NCBI GenBank assembly: GCA_044347325.1
Contig: JBIIXN010000002.1
Location: forward strand, 22,518 to 86,517
Direction: 5' to 3'
From: Rhodoluna sp.
GTDB lineage: Bacteria; Actinomycetota; Actinomycetes; Actinomycetales; Microbacteriaceae
Length of the DNA: 64,000 bases
Position 1 is the stretch's first letter; each line of letters starts with the position of its first letter. The notes below the pieces were generated by a model. The model made no database searches. It was not told where the DNA came from and worked only from the letters and a program-made list of their open reading frames with translations. Below are positions 12,069 through 21,989 of the stretch, one piece after another. The position numbers and the translations under genes are program-made.

Positions 12069-13426
12069 GAGTTCCAATCTCATCACGCAGTGTTGCTCTT
12101 GACCTTTTGAACAAAGTATCTTTCGAGGACAGCTATGCAAACCTAGTTATGCCTGCTCTTCTCGAAGAAGCAAAACTAAACACTCGCGACTCAGCGTTAG
12201 CTCAAGAGTTGGCGTTTTCAACACTGCGCTGGCAACTTACCTACGACTTTATTCTGGGTCAAGTAAGTTCTAGACCAGTCAATGAAATTGATGCAATCGT
12301 CCTAAACGCTCTGCGTCTTGGCGCACACCAGCTCCTAAAGATGCGCATTCCACCTCATGCCGCAATTAACGAAACAGTCAATCTCATCAGAGCGGTAGCA
12401 GGTGAAAAAGCGGTTGGTTTCGCAAACGGAGTCTTGCGGCGAGTAAGCGAGAAGAGCTTTGAACAATGGATAGACATTGCTGAGCAAAAAGTAGCTTCAA
12501 AGACAGAGTTTTTGTCAATTCAATACAGCCATCCAGAATGGATCGTACGTGCACTTACCCAGGCGCTGGCCGTTGATGGTCTTAGTGAAGACATAGAAGA
12601 TCTGCTAGCGACAAACAACCACCCTGCGTTCGTAAACCTAGTTGCCTTGCCAGGTTTGTCTGAGGTTGATGATTTCACTAGTGAAGACATTAGAGCAAAC
12701 CCATTTAGTCCATTTGGGTTCTCGATTGACTCTGGTAACCCTGGCGACATTCCAGAGATTAGATCTGGACTTGCTCGAGTTCAAGACGAAGGTTCTCAAA
12801 TTGCAGCGATGGCTTTGGTTGCCTTCAAGGATGTCAAAGACAACGAAACATGGTTAGACATGTGTGCAGGTCCTGGAGGCAAGGCAGCACTGCTTGCTGC
12901 TTTAGCGTCACAATCAGGAGCAAGTTTAGTTGCTAACGAAGTTCAGGAGCACCGAGCCAAACTAGTAGATCAGGCTCTTAGACCTTTCAACGATGTTGAA
13001 GTTACTGTTCTTGATGGAAGAACTATTGGTGAACTAACGCCAGATACGTATGACCGAATCATTGTCGATGCACCTTGTAGCGGACTTGGTGCTCTCAGAA
13101 GAAGACCAGAAGCCAGGTGGCGTAAGTCGTCAGAAGATCTCAAGACTCTTACCCAACTCCAGTTTGAACTTCTAGAAAGCGCAGCTAAGGCCCTGAAGAG
13201 CGGAGGATCGTTGCTATACGTAACCTGTTCTCCACACGTGTCAGAAACAACAGCAATCATCGATAAGGCTCAGAGAGTTCTTGGGTTGAAAGTCCTTGAC
13301 CTGACCACCGTGCTGAACGCCAAGTTCATGGACAATAGCCTGCCTAAGGGTCGAAAAACAGTTCAGCTATACACCCATCGAGACAACACAGACTGCATGT
13401 TTATGGCCATGCTCACTAAAGACTGA
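12065..13426 (+). CDS. rsmB: 16S rRNA m5C967 methyltransferase RsmB/Fmu (NusB-like N-domain)
   Basis: VQDEGSQ, LDMCAGPGGK, DAPCSGLG, YVTCS motifs; GTGA overlap with fmt. Confidence 0.93.
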   Translation: MRVPISSRSVALDLLNKVSFEDSYANLVMPALLEEAKLNTRDSALAQELAFSTLRWQLTYDFILGQVSSRPVNEIDAIVLNALRLGAHQLLKMRIPPHAAINETVNLIRAVAGEKAVGFANGVLRRVSEKSFEQWIDIAEQKVASKTEFLSIQYSHPEWIVRALTQALAVDGLSEDIEDLLATNNHPAFVNLVALPGLSEVDDFTSEDIRANPFSPFGFSIDSGNPGDIPEIRSGLARVQDEGSQIAAMALVAFKDVKDNETWLDMCAGPGGKAALLAALASQSGASLVANEVQEHRAKLVDQALRPFNDVEVTVLDGRTIGELTPDTYDRIIVDAPCSGLGALRRRPEARWRKSSEDLKTLTQLQFELLESAAKALKSGGSLLYVTCSPHVSETTAIIDKAQRVLGLKVLDLTTVLNAKFMDNSLPKGRKTVQLYTHRDNTDCMFMAMLTKD

Positions 13427-13434
13427 TAGGGCAA

Positions 13435-13440
13435 TAGGCT
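13435..13440 (+). promoter_or_regulatory. Putative -10 (TAGGCT) for leaderless rpe
   Basis: 7 nt before ATG 13448; no SD. Confidence 0.6.
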
Positions 13441-13447
13441 TAAAACT

Positions 13448-14116
13448 ATGAGCAAGAGAATCCAACCCAGCATACTCAGCGCTGACTTCGTCAACTTTGA
13501 GCGAGATTTCGCAACAATCTCCAGCGCTGACGGCATCCACGTTGATGTTATGGATGGACACTTCGTACCAAATCTCACCTTTGGAATTGGCATGGTTAGG
13601 CGTATGCAGGAGATCACCACGCTTCCTCTTGATGTTCACCTGATGATTGAGAACCCAGATCACTGGGCACCTATCTACGCTCAGGCAGGCGTTTTCTCAG
13701 TGACTTTCCACTACGAAGCTGTATCCAACGCAATCGAGACTGCCAAGACAATAAAGACGGCAGGTTCCAGGGCAGGATTGTCCATCAAGCCGAACACGAG
13801 TGTTGCTGAAATTGCAGAGTTAATTGAGCACTTCGATCAGATTCTTGTCATGTCAGTTGAACCTGGTTTCGGTGGTCAGTCCTTTATGCCACTAGCTCTC
13901 GAGAAGATAACCGCAATCAGATCGCTGATTGACTCTAAGGGTCTAGACACATGGCTTCAGGTTGATGGAGGTATTGATCTTGAGATAATCTATCTTGCTT
14001 CCGCCTCAGGTGCTGACACTTTCGTGGCTGGCAGTTCAGTCTTTAACGCTCCCGATAGAAACGGAATGATTAGCCAGTTGCGAGAGGTAGCTGAATCAGC
14101 GGTTCCTTCTTTCTAA
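13448..14116 (+). CDS. rpe: Ribulose-phosphate 3-epimerase
   Basis: PSILSADF, HVDVMDGHFVPNLTFG, DVHLMI, MSVEPGFGGQ, VDGGI. Confidence 0.98.
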   Translation: MSKRIQPSILSADFVNFERDFATISSADGIHVDVMDGHFVPNLTFGIGMVRRMQEITTLPLDVHLMIENPDHWAPIYAQAGVFSVTFHYEAVSNAIETAKTIKTAGSRAGLSIKPNTSVAEIAELIEHFDQILVMSVEPGFGGQSFMPLALEKITAIRSLIDSKGLDTWLQVDGGIDLEIIYLASASGADTFVAGSSVFNAPDRNGMISQLREVAESAVPSF

Positions 14117-14125
14117 TTTCACAAG

Positions 14126-14131
14126 TAAAAT
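14126..14131 (+). promoter_or_regulatory. Putative -10 (TAAAAT) for leaderless hisE operon
   Basis: 6 nt before ATG 14138; no SD. Confidence 0.6.
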
Positions 14132-14137
14132 ACATAG

Positions 14138-14401
14138 ATGAAGTCCTTTGAATCCCTGTATGCAGAAATAGTCACTAAAGCAGACGCGTCTGCTAGCGAC
14201 TCCAACACCAAGAACCTATTGGACCAAGGTGTTCATGCAATTGGAAAGAAGGTTGTTGAAGAAGCTGCTGAGGTGTGGATGGCAGCTGAGTACCAATCTA
14301 AGGAGGACTTGGCCCTCGAGATTAGCCAACTCATCTATCACCTGCAGGTTCTGATGGTTGCCAAAGATATTTCTATTACCGATCTAGAGGAGCGCTTCTA
14401 A
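14138..14401 (+). CDS. hisE: Phosphoribosyl-ATP pyrophosphatase
   Basis: GVHAIGKKVVEEAAEVWMAAE, EISQLIYHLQV. Confidence 0.96.
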   Translation: MKSFESLYAEIVTKADASASDSNTKNLLDQGVHAIGKKVVEEAAEVWMAAEYQSKEDLALEISQLIYHLQVLMVAKDISITDLEERF

Positions 14402-15246
14402 TGAGCATGCTTAGAGTTGCTGTTCCTAACAAGGGTATTCTCGCGGAGTTCGCAACAGAGATGCTTGCAGAGGCTGGTTACGCTGTTCGGAAAGACAGTA
14501 AGACTCTCCGTGTAGTTGACTCAAACAACAACATTGAATTCTTTTACCTCAGACCAAGAGACATAGCTACGTATGTTGGAACCGGTGCTCTCGATCTTGG
14601 CATTACTGGACTTGACCTATTGATGGATAGTAGGTCGACTGCTGTTAGGGTCGCTGACCTGAACTTCGGACAGTCAACATTCACCTTCGCCGGAGTTATC
14701 GGTGAGTTCAGTTCTATTCAACAGATTTCTGGCAAAAGAGTTGCAACTGCCTATGGAAACATCGTTGAGGACTACCTCAAGAGCAAGGGCATTCAGGCAA
14801 CCGTTATTCGCTTGGATGGAGCAGTAGAAACTGCAGTGAGTCTTGGCGTTGCTGATTTGATTGCTGATGTTGTTTCAACAGGCAACACTTTGCGACAAGC
14901 TGGCTTAGAGCCTTTCGGTGAAGTCATACTAGATTCATCCGCATACCTGATCGCGAATGCAGGTACTGCTGATAAGCACACAGCACTACTGAGAAGACTC
15001 AACGGAGTTGTTGTGGCTAGAGAATACGTAATCTTCGATTACGACTGCCCAGCCAATCTAATTGAAAAGGCATCGCAAGTCACACCAGGTATCGAGTCTC
15101 CGACAGTTTCACCAACTAAGGACCCTAACTGGGTTGCGGTTAGAGCACTTGTTCTTCGAAGCGAGACGAATTCAAAGATGGATGAGCTTTACGATCTTGG
15201 CGCGCGTGCGATTTTGGTAAGTGCTATTCACGCAGCAAGAATCTAA
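14401..15246 (+). CDS. hisG: ATP phosphoribosyltransferase (long form)
   Basis: LRVAVPNKG, RPRDIATYV, DVVSTGNTL, C-terminal PGIESPTVSP regulatory domain. Confidence 0.97.
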   Translation: MSMLRVAVPNKGILAEFATEMLAEAGYAVRKDSKTLRVVDSNNNIEFFYLRPRDIATYVGTGALDLGITGLDLLMDSRSTAVRVADLNFGQSTFTFAGVIGEFSSIQQISGKRVATAYGNIVEDYLKSKGIQATVIRLDGAVETAVSLGVADLIADVVSTGNTLRQAGLEPFGEVILDSSAYLIANAGTADKHTALLRRLNGVVVAREYVIFDYDCPANLIEKASQVTPGIESPTVSPTKDPNWVAVRALVLRSETNSKMDELYDLGARAILVSAIHAARI

Positions 15247-15248
15247 CA

Positions 15249-16013
15249 GTGTCCTTATCCATTCGCATCATTGCCTGCCTCGACGTCAAAGACGGTCGAG
15301 TAGTTAAGGGAGTCAAGTTTCAGGGACTAGCCGATGTCGGCGACCCAGTAGAACTGGCCAAGATGTATTACGAGGCTGGAGCTGATGAGATTACTTTCCT
15401 TGACGTGTCAGCCAGCCTAGAAGGCCGAAAGGCAATGCTCGATGTCATCGAGAGAACAGCCTCTACTATCTTTATTCCTCTTACTGTTGGTGGAGGTGTA
15501 ACCAAGATAGAAGACGTAGCTAGCTATCTAGACGCAGGAGCGGACAAGGTAAGTCTTGGAACTTCCGCTGTGACTAACCCAGGTCTCATTGATGAGATTT
15601 CAGCCAAGTACGGTGACCAGATCGTAGTGATCTCGCTCGATATCCTTGAAGATTCAAGCTCTCCTTCCGGCTATGCTCTCACTACTCACGGTGGGACTAA
15701 AGCAACTGGAGTTGACGCGCTCGATTGGATCGCTAAAAATCAACACAGGGGAATAGGTGAGTTACTGATCAACAGTGTTGATGCTGATGGAACCAAAGAA
15801 GGTTTTAATACCGATCTGCTTGCAGCCGTTAGAAAGGCCACCAACCTGCCCATCATTGCTAGTGGTGGGGCAGGCCAGGCAAGTGATTTCCTGCCAGCAG
15901 TTTCTGCCGGAGCAAATGCCGTATTAGCAGCATCCGTCTTCCACAACGGTTCATTGACCATTGCTCAGGTTAAAGAGTTCCTCGATTCCAACGATGTGAA
16001 AGTTAGAATGTAG
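15249..16013 (+). CDS. hisF: Imidazole glycerol phosphate synthase cyclase subunit
   Basis: RIIACLDVKDGRVVKG, IPLTVGGG, DADGTKEGF, IIASGGAG, LAASVFH. Confidence 0.97.
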   Translation: MSLSIRIIACLDVKDGRVVKGVKFQGLADVGDPVELAKMYYEAGADEITFLDVSASLEGRKAMLDVIERTASTIFIPLTVGGGVTKIEDVASYLDAGADKVSLGTSAVTNPGLIDEISAKYGDQIVVISLDILEDSSSPSGYALTTHGGTKATGVDALDWIAKNQHRGIGELLINSVDADGTKEGFNTDLLAAVRKATNLPIIASGGAGQASDFLPAVSAGANAVLAASVFHNGSLTIAQVKEFLDSNDVKVRM

Positions 16014-16018
16014 GAATT

Positions 16019-16357
16019 ATGTTCAGCCCAGATTTTGTGAAGCAGCCTCTGATTCCAGCCATCGTGCAGAACGATGTAACTGGAAGAGTTCTAATGCTTG
16101 CTTACATGAACGCTGAATCTTTTCAACTGACCAAAAGCACTGGCATCGCACACTTCTGGTCCAGATCTCGACAAGAGATATGGAGGAAGGGTTCTACTTC
16201 GGGTAACTATCTTGAGGTGAAGTCTTTGCAACTAGATTGTGACAGCGATTCGATTCTTGTACTTGCACAACCGCATGGACCAAGCTGTCACACAGGATCT
16301 GAATCGTGCTTCGATACCAGCGAGTTTGTTTTTGACGGGGAACTGAACAATGACTAA
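16019..16357 (+). CDS. hisI: Phosphoribosyl-AMP cyclohydrolase
   Basis: VLMLAYMN, WSRSRQEIWRKG.TSG, DCDSD, CHTG..SCF. Confidence 0.97.
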   Translation: MFSPDFVKQPLIPAIVQNDVTGRVLMLAYMNAESFQLTKSTGIAHFWSRSRQEIWRKGSTSGNYLEVKSLQLDCDSDSILVLAQPHGPSCHTGSESCFDTSEFVFDGELNND

Positions 16358-17864
16358 TCAATACAACATCTCTAAAACAGAATTCTTATCGCGCACAACA
16401 ATCGGTCAGGTCTGCCCAGTTTTCGTGACAGTCTTCGGTGGTAATGACACTCCAGTTGGTATTTATGAGAAATTGTCCGCAGGCAGAACTGGAACCTTCC
16501 TTCTTGAATCAGCAGAACAAGGGGTCTGGTCAAGATACAGCTTTATTGGTGTATCGAGTCGAGCAAGTTTCATTGAGACAGATTCAGAGTTTCTAGTCCA
16601 TGGTCAAGACAAAGCACTTCCTCATGCAGGTGAACTTCCGGATTCGCCGTTAGACGCAATTCGTCTTATTCAATCATCTTGGAAAACAGTTGCTCTTCCA
16701 GAACTTCCACCCCTCACCTCAGGTCTTGTTGGTTTGTTCTCATGGGATGTCATCAGAGACATAGAAAACCTGCCGTCAGTTCCGGACCAGGACTACCAAA
16801 GACCAAAGATCCACTTGGAGATGGTTCAGGACGTGATTGTTTTGGATCACAAGACAAATTCGATCTTGATTGTTTCAAACATATACTGCGACAGCAGTTC
16901 CGACTATGCGCTTGCTTATGACCAAGCAACGGTAAGAATCACAGACCTTTATCAGAAACTGAGCCAACCAAGTCCTCAGAACCTCTCTCATTCGTCTGAA
17001 ACCACACCGTCGAAACGTACTCCGAGAACCACCCACGAGCAGTTCCTTGCGGCTATTGAAGTTGCGAAAGAGCATGTTAGAGCTGGTGACGTTTTCCAAG
17101 TAGTGCTTTCGCAAAGAATAGACATCGAGGTTACGGCACGACCTATTGACGTTTATCGTGTGCTGAGAGCTCTTAATCCATCTCCGTACATGTACTTGCT
17201 GAACTATTCAGACGCTCATGGCGATTACGCAGTAGTAGGTTCATCACCAGAAGCACTTGTTAAAGTTTCTGGTAGCAAGGTAGTCATGCATCCGATTGCT
17301 GGTTCTCGCCCTAGAGGAGCTGACCAAGGTCAAGACCAAGCATTTGCAGAGTCACTTTTGGCAGATCACAAGGAACGAGCAGAGCACCTAATGCTTGTTG
17401 ACTTGGCACGTAATGATCTCTTGAAGGTGTGTGAACCATCATCTGTTACAGTGACTCAGTTCATGAAGATTGAAAGATTCAGTCATATCATGCACCTTGT
17501 TTCGACCGTTGAGGGAGATCTTGCTCAAGGTCAAACTCCAACCGATGTCTTCAAAGCGACCTTCCCAGCAGGAACGCTGTCGGGAGCACCAAAGCCTCGA
17601 GCATTAGAAATTATTGACGACCTAGAGTCTGCCAATAGAGGTATTTTTGGTGGGGTAGTTGGTTACCTTGACTTTGAAGGAAATGCAGACCTAGCAATTG
17701 CCATTAGAACCGCATTCATCAGAGACGGTGTGGCTAGGGTTCAGGCAGGAGCTGGAATCGTTCTTGATTCAGTGCCTGAATCTGAGTATCAGGAGACTTT
17801 GAGCAAGATGGGTGCTGTCATCGCATCTATCGATAGAGCAAATTCACTTTTTGGCAAGAAATAG
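16350..17864 (+). CDS. trpE: Anthranilate synthase component I
   Basis: [58 protein letters not shown]. Confidence 0.96.
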   Translation: MTNQYNISKTEFLSRTTIGQVCPVFVTVFGGNDTPVGIYEKLSAGRTGTFLLESAEQGVWSRYSFIGVSSRASFIETDSEFLVHGQDKALPHAGELPDSPLDAIRLIQSSWKTVALPELPPLTSGLVGLFSWDVIRDIENLPSVPDQDYQRPKIHLEMVQDVIVLDHKTNSILIVSNIYCDSSSDYALAYDQATVRITDLYQKLSQPSPQNLSHSSETTPSKRTPRTTHEQFLAAIEVAKEHVRAGDVFQVVLSQRIDIEVTARPIDVYRVLRALNPSPYMYLLNYSDAHGDYAVVGSSPEALVKVSGSKVVMHPIAGSRPRGADQGQDQAFAESLLADHKERAEHLMLVDLARNDLLKVCEPSSVTVTQFMKIERFSHIMHLVSTVEGDLAQGQTPTDVFKATFPAGTLSGAPKPRALEIIDDLESANRGIFGGVVGYLDFEGNADLAIAIRTAFIRDGVARVQAGAGIVLDSVPESEYQETLSKMGAVIASIDRANSLFGKK

Positions 17865-17925
17865 CGCAGTATTCAGCAATACCCAATTAGAACTCTTGTT
17901 AAGATTGACCATAGGAAAGGCACTA

Positions 17926-18150
17926 ATGAGCAACCACGAAAACGAACCAGGTCACGGCCACTCAGTAGCAGCTTGGGCTGCAGTTATCACAGCAATTGTT
18001 GGGGTGACCATTGCTACCCTAGGTGTAGTTCTTCCTGATGGCACACTCGTAATTGTTGGTTCAGTTCTGACTGTTGTATCCATCCCAATGGGCCCAATTC
18101 TTGCCAAGCTCGGTTACGACGTTAACCGAGAATCAAGCTCTAAGAAATAA
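17926..18150 (+). CDS. Small two-TM membrane protein of the HGxxPAAW / DUF6704-like family
   Basis: MSNHENEPGHGHSVAAW then two hydrophobic segments; ATG 17926 has AGGAAAGG SD and -10 TAAGAT at 17900-17905; usual position upstream of trpC in actinobacteria. Confidence 0.8.
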   Translation: MSNHENEPGHGHSVAAWAAVITAIVGVTIATLGVVLPDGTLVIVGSVLTVVSIPMGPILAKLGYDVNRESSSKK

Positions 18151-18935
18151 TGCTGCAAGATCTCTACGCTGGCGCTGAGGCAGATGCACTCGCACGGCTT
18201 GAGCAAGTGTCGATTTCAGACTTAGAGAAGCTAATCGGATCCGCAGCTCCAGCCATTTCATGCCTTGAGCACTTTGGCTCTAGGTCAAACATCGAAGTAA
18301 TCGCCGAGATCAAGCGAGCTAGCCCATCCAAAGGTGACCTAGCGCCAATTACTGACGCAGCTGCACTTGCCGTGACTTATCAAGAAGCTGGCGCATCCGC
18401 TATCAGCGTTTTGACAGAAGAGCGTAAGTTTAAAGGCTCGCTGGCGGATTTAGTTGCTGTGCGTGCAAAGGTATCGATTCCTCTACTTAGAAAAGACTTT
18501 GTCTCACTTGAGCAACAAGTTTTGGAAGCAAGAGCTTATGGGGCAGATCTTGTTCTACTTATCGTTGCTGGCTTGGAGCAAGACAAGTTACTGAAGTTGG
18601 CACGTTTTGTTGAGAGCTTCGGTATGACACCATTCATAGAAACTCACAACAGCGAAGAGGTGCTGAGAGCAATAGATACCGGTGCAAAACTTATAGGTAT
18701 AAACGCTCGCGACCTTTCCACATTTGAAACTGACCGGTCGCTTTTTCAGGGTCTTGCTGGACTGCTGCCTGAGGGTTGCATAGCGGTTGCCGAGTCCGCA
18801 GTTCGAAATACCAAAGACGTTGAAGCCTACGCCCAAGCCGGTGCTGACATGGTACTTGTGGGCGAAGCCCTGGTAACCGGTAATGCCAAGGAATTGCTCG
18901 GCGAGTTTACTTCGGTAGAAAAGATTAGACTTTAG
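18150..18935 (+). CDS. trpC: Indole-3-glycerol phosphate synthase
   Basis: IAEIKRASPSKG, ISVLTE, LLRKDF, IGINARDL, VAESA, LVGEAL. Confidence 0.97.
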   Translation: MLQDLYAGAEADALARLEQVSISDLEKLIGSAAPAISCLEHFGSRSNIEVIAEIKRASPSKGDLAPITDAAALAVTYQEAGASAISVLTEERKFKGSLADLVAVRAKVSIPLLRKDFVSLEQQVLEARAYGADLVLLIVAGLEQDKLLKLARFVESFGMTPFIETHNSEEVLRAIDTGAKLIGINARDLSTFETDRSLFQGLAGLLPEGCIAVAESAVRNTKDVEAYAQAGADMVLVGEALVTGNAKELLGEFTSVEKIRL

Positions 18936-18938
18936 AAG

Positions 18939-20144
18939 ATGACAGCCAAGACAAACCTTAGAGAACAAGACGGACCGTACTTTGGTGAGTACGGAGGACG
19001 TTTTGTGCCTGAGTCACTTATTGCTGCTTTGGATCAGCTCGAAGAGGTTTACGCCCAAGCTAAGGGTGACCCAAACTTTGCTAAAGAACTAGATGAACTG
19101 AACAAGACATACGTGGGTAGACCATCAATCATTACCGAGGTTCCTAAGTTCGCAGCTCTCGCTGGCGACATCAGAGTTTTTCTAAAACGTGAAGACCTCA
19201 ACCACACAGGCTCACACAAGATTAACAACGTTATCGGTCAAGCTCTTTTAGCCAAGCTAATGGGTAAGAAGAGAATCATCGCCGAAACAGGTGCTGGACA
19301 GCATGGAGTTGCAAGCGCAACTGCTGCTGCATTGTTTGGACTTGAGTGCGTTGTTTACATGGGTGAAGTTGATACTCAACGGCAAGCTCTAAACGTTGCG
19401 CGAATGAAGTTGCTTGGCGCGGAGGTAGTTCCAGTAACTACAGGTTCAAGAACCTTGAAAGATGCAATCAACGAAGCACTTCGCGACTGGGTAGCTAATG
19501 TTGATGACACTCACTATCTTCTCGGTACTGTTGCGGGACCGCATCCTTTCCCAACCATTGTGAGAGATTTCCACTCTGTCATAGGCCGTGAAGCCAGAGA
19601 GCAGATGCTCAACGATTACGGTTTCTTGCCAGATGTTGTCACAGCATGTGTTGGTGGTGGATCTAACGCTATTGGTCTTTTCCATGCCTTCCTAGACGAT
19701 GAAGAAGTAGCACTATGGGGATTCGAAGCAGCAGGCGAAGGCATGGACACCATGCGTCACGCTGCGACATTAAGCAAAGGTAAGGTCGGAGTCCTTCACG
19801 GAGCTAAAAGCTACATGCTTCAGGATGAAGATGGGCAAACGATTGAAAGTCATTCAATTTCAGCTGGACTTGACTATCCTGGCGTTGGCCCTGAGCACTC
19901 ATGGTTGAAAGATCTAAAGCGAGCACAGTATTTCGGCATAAGCGACGATGAAGCTATGCAAGCGCTTAAAGCACTTTCTCAAACTGAAGGAATAATCCCT
20001 GCCATTGAAACAGCTCACGCGCTAGCCGGAGTTATCAAGTACGGATCAACACTTCCATCTGGTTCAACTGTCCTACTGAACCTAAGCGGACGTGGCGATA
20101 AAGACATGGAGACCGTCGGCAAATACTTTGGATTCCTGGAATAA
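18939..20144 (+). CDS. trpB: Tryptophan synthase beta chain
   Basis: [18 protein letters not shown]-lysine motif, [22 protein letters not shown]. Confidence 0.99.
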   Translation: MTAKTNLREQDGPYFGEYGGRFVPESLIAALDQLEEVYAQAKGDPNFAKELDELNKTYVGRPSIITEVPKFAALAGDIRVFLKREDLNHTGSHKINNVIGQALLAKLMGKKRIIAETGAGQHGVASATAAALFGLECVVYMGEVDTQRQALNVARMKLLGAEVVPVTTGSRTLKDAINEALRDWVANVDDTHYLLGTVAGPHPFPTIVRDFHSVIGREAREQMLNDYGFLPDVVTACVGGGSNAIGLFHAFLDDEEVALWGFEAAGEGMDTMRHAATLSKGKVGVLHGAKSYMLQDEDGQTIESHSISAGLDYPGVGPEHSWLKDLKRAQYFGISDDEAMQALKALSQTEGIIPAIETAHALAGVIKYGSTLPSGSTVLLNLSGRGDKDMETVGKYFGFLE

Positions 20145-20147
20145 CGA

Positions 20148-20927
20148 ATGAGCAAGACCGAAGCCTTACTAAATACTCTTGCCCAAAAAGGCGAGGACGC
20201 ACTCATTGGGTATTTCCCAGCAGGTTACCCGACAATGTCGGACTCTGTTGAAGCCTGTGTTGCGATGTGTGAATCGGGTATCGACATTTTGGAACTTGGC
20301 GTTCCATACAGCGATCCAGTTATGGATGGGCTAGTGATCCAGGTTGCTACAGAGCAAGCTCTTACCAACGGGTTCAAACTAAATAAGTTCTTTGAGCTAC
20401 TCAAAGAAATCACTTCAAGAGTTGATACCCCAGTTCTAGTTATGAGTTATTGGAACCCAATCCTCCAATATGGTGTTGAACGCTTCGCTAAGGATCTAAA
20501 GGCATCGGGAGGAGCAGGACTTATTACACCTGACCTTATTCCTGACGAAGCATCAGATTGGCTCAAGTACTCAGACGAACTCGACCTAGACAGAGTATTT
20601 ATGGCAACGCCTTCATCTTCTCAAGAGCGACTAGATCAGGTCGCTCGTCTATCACGTGGTTTCATTTACGCTGTTTCTACTATGGGTATCACAGGTGAAC
20701 GGGAAGATCTTGATGCTAAAGCCCGAGGAGTTGTTTCAGGTGTAAAGAACACAACGACTAAAGTTCCAGTCTGCGTTGGGATTGGTATTTCAACAGCCGA
20801 ACAAGTTTCAGAAGTTAACTCATATGCTGACGGAGCTATTGTTGGCAGCGTATTTATTAAGGCTTACCGCGATGGCGGAGTAGAAGAACTAAAGAAGACG
20901 GTAAGAAAACTAAAGGGCGGCAACTAA
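20148..20927 (+). CDS. trpA: Tryptophan synthase alpha chain
   Basis: LELGVPYSDPVMDG, MSYWNP, GFIYAVSTMGITG, DGAIVGS. Confidence 0.97.
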   Translation: MSKTEALLNTLAQKGEDALIGYFPAGYPTMSDSVEACVAMCESGIDILELGVPYSDPVMDGLVIQVATEQALTNGFKLNKFFELLKEITSRVDTPVLVMSYWNPILQYGVERFAKDLKASGGAGLITPDLIPDEASDWLKYSDELDLDRVFMATPSSSQERLDQVARLSRGFIYAVSTMGITGEREDLDAKARGVVSGVKNTTTKVPVCVGIGISTAEQVSEVNSYADGAIVGSVFIKAYRDGGVEELKKTVRKLKGGN

Positions 20928-21926
20928 ATGTCATTTGTATATGCACTTCCATCACCAACTGTTTCAACTTTTGAGCTGGGACCGGTGGTAATCCACTTCT
21001 ACGCGCTGTTCATCCTCGCAGGTATCATCGCAGCGGTTGCGATAACAGCTGGTCGAATGAAAGCTCGCGGTATGGAGCCTGGCCTCGCAATAGACATTTC
21101 TATCTGGGCAGTGCCGTTGGGGATTATCGGTGGAAGACTTTTCCACGTGCTTACTCACCTAAATGACTACTTTGGTCCTGGTAAAGATTGGACTTCGATG
21201 TTCAGACTTTGGGAAGGCGGCCTCGCAATCTACGGCGCAATCATTTTTGGTTCCATCGGTGCATACATAGCGTGTCAGGTTGACATTAAGGTGCTAAAGA
21301 TTGAATCAGCGGGCATTCGCTTCTTAAGCTTCGCTGACGCACTCGTGCCAGGACTACTTGCTGCTCAAGCTCTTGGCCGTTGGGGTAACTACTTCAACAA
21401 TGAACTTTTCGGTGGGCCAACAGATCTACCTTGGGGAATTCTGATCCCAAGCTACAACCCTAGTTACCCTATTGGTTTGCCTGATGGATTGGCATTCCAC
21501 CCAACATTCCTATATGAATCTCTATGGTCGCTTGTGGGTATCGCGGTTCTACTGCTCCTAGAAAGACGATTCAACCTTCGCTGGGGCCGTATGTTCGCTC
21601 TGTACTTGATGTGGTATTCATTCGGAAGATTCTTTATCGAGTCAATCCGACTAGATCCAAGCGATGTCTTCCTTGGTCTACGTACCAACCAGTGGTCTGC
21701 AGTTGTTGGTTTCCTTTTCGGTTTCGCATTACTTATGCTTCAGCGTTATAGGCACACTGGGGAAGAGACAACAGGGTACCTACCAGGTCGCTCTAACAAA
21801 TCACTAGAGCAAACTACCCCTGAATCTAGCGATTCTGTAGGGCCTGAGAGCCCTGCGGATGCTGAGGATTCTTCTGAAGTCAAGGAGTCTGAAGTAGGAT
21901 TGACCCAATCGCCGGAAAAGAATTAG
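20928..21926 (+). CDS. lgt: Prolipoprotein diacylglyceryl transferase
   Basis: GGRLFHV, WEGGLAIYG, GRWGNYFNNE, HPTFLYES, RFFIESIR; acidic low-complexity C-tail as in other actinobacterial Lgt. Confidence 0.96.
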   Translation: MSFVYALPSPTVSTFELGPVVIHFYALFILAGIIAAVAITAGRMKARGMEPGLAIDISIWAVPLGIIGGRLFHVLTHLNDYFGPGKDWTSMFRLWEGGLAIYGAIIFGSIGAYIACQVDIKVLKIESAGIRFLSFADALVPGLLAAQALGRWGNYFNNELFGGPTDLPWGILIPSYNPSYPIGLPDGLAFHPTFLYESLWSLVGIAVLLLLERRFNLRWGRMFALYLMWYSFGRFFIESIRLDPSDVFLGLRTNQWSAVVGFLFGFALLMLQRYRHTGEETTGYLPGRSNKSLEQTTPESSDSVGPESPADAEDSSEVKESEVGLTQSPEKN

Positions 21927-21989
21927 ACTCATTTCCCACCCCAACTAGGGCCACTGTCGTCCCCATCACACTATTGAATGGAGCTCGAC

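Noticed and set aside
16019-16350. Trp or His attenuator leader peptides
   Set aside because: trpE overlaps hisI and hisE appears leaderless; there is no room and no Trp/His-rich leader ORF
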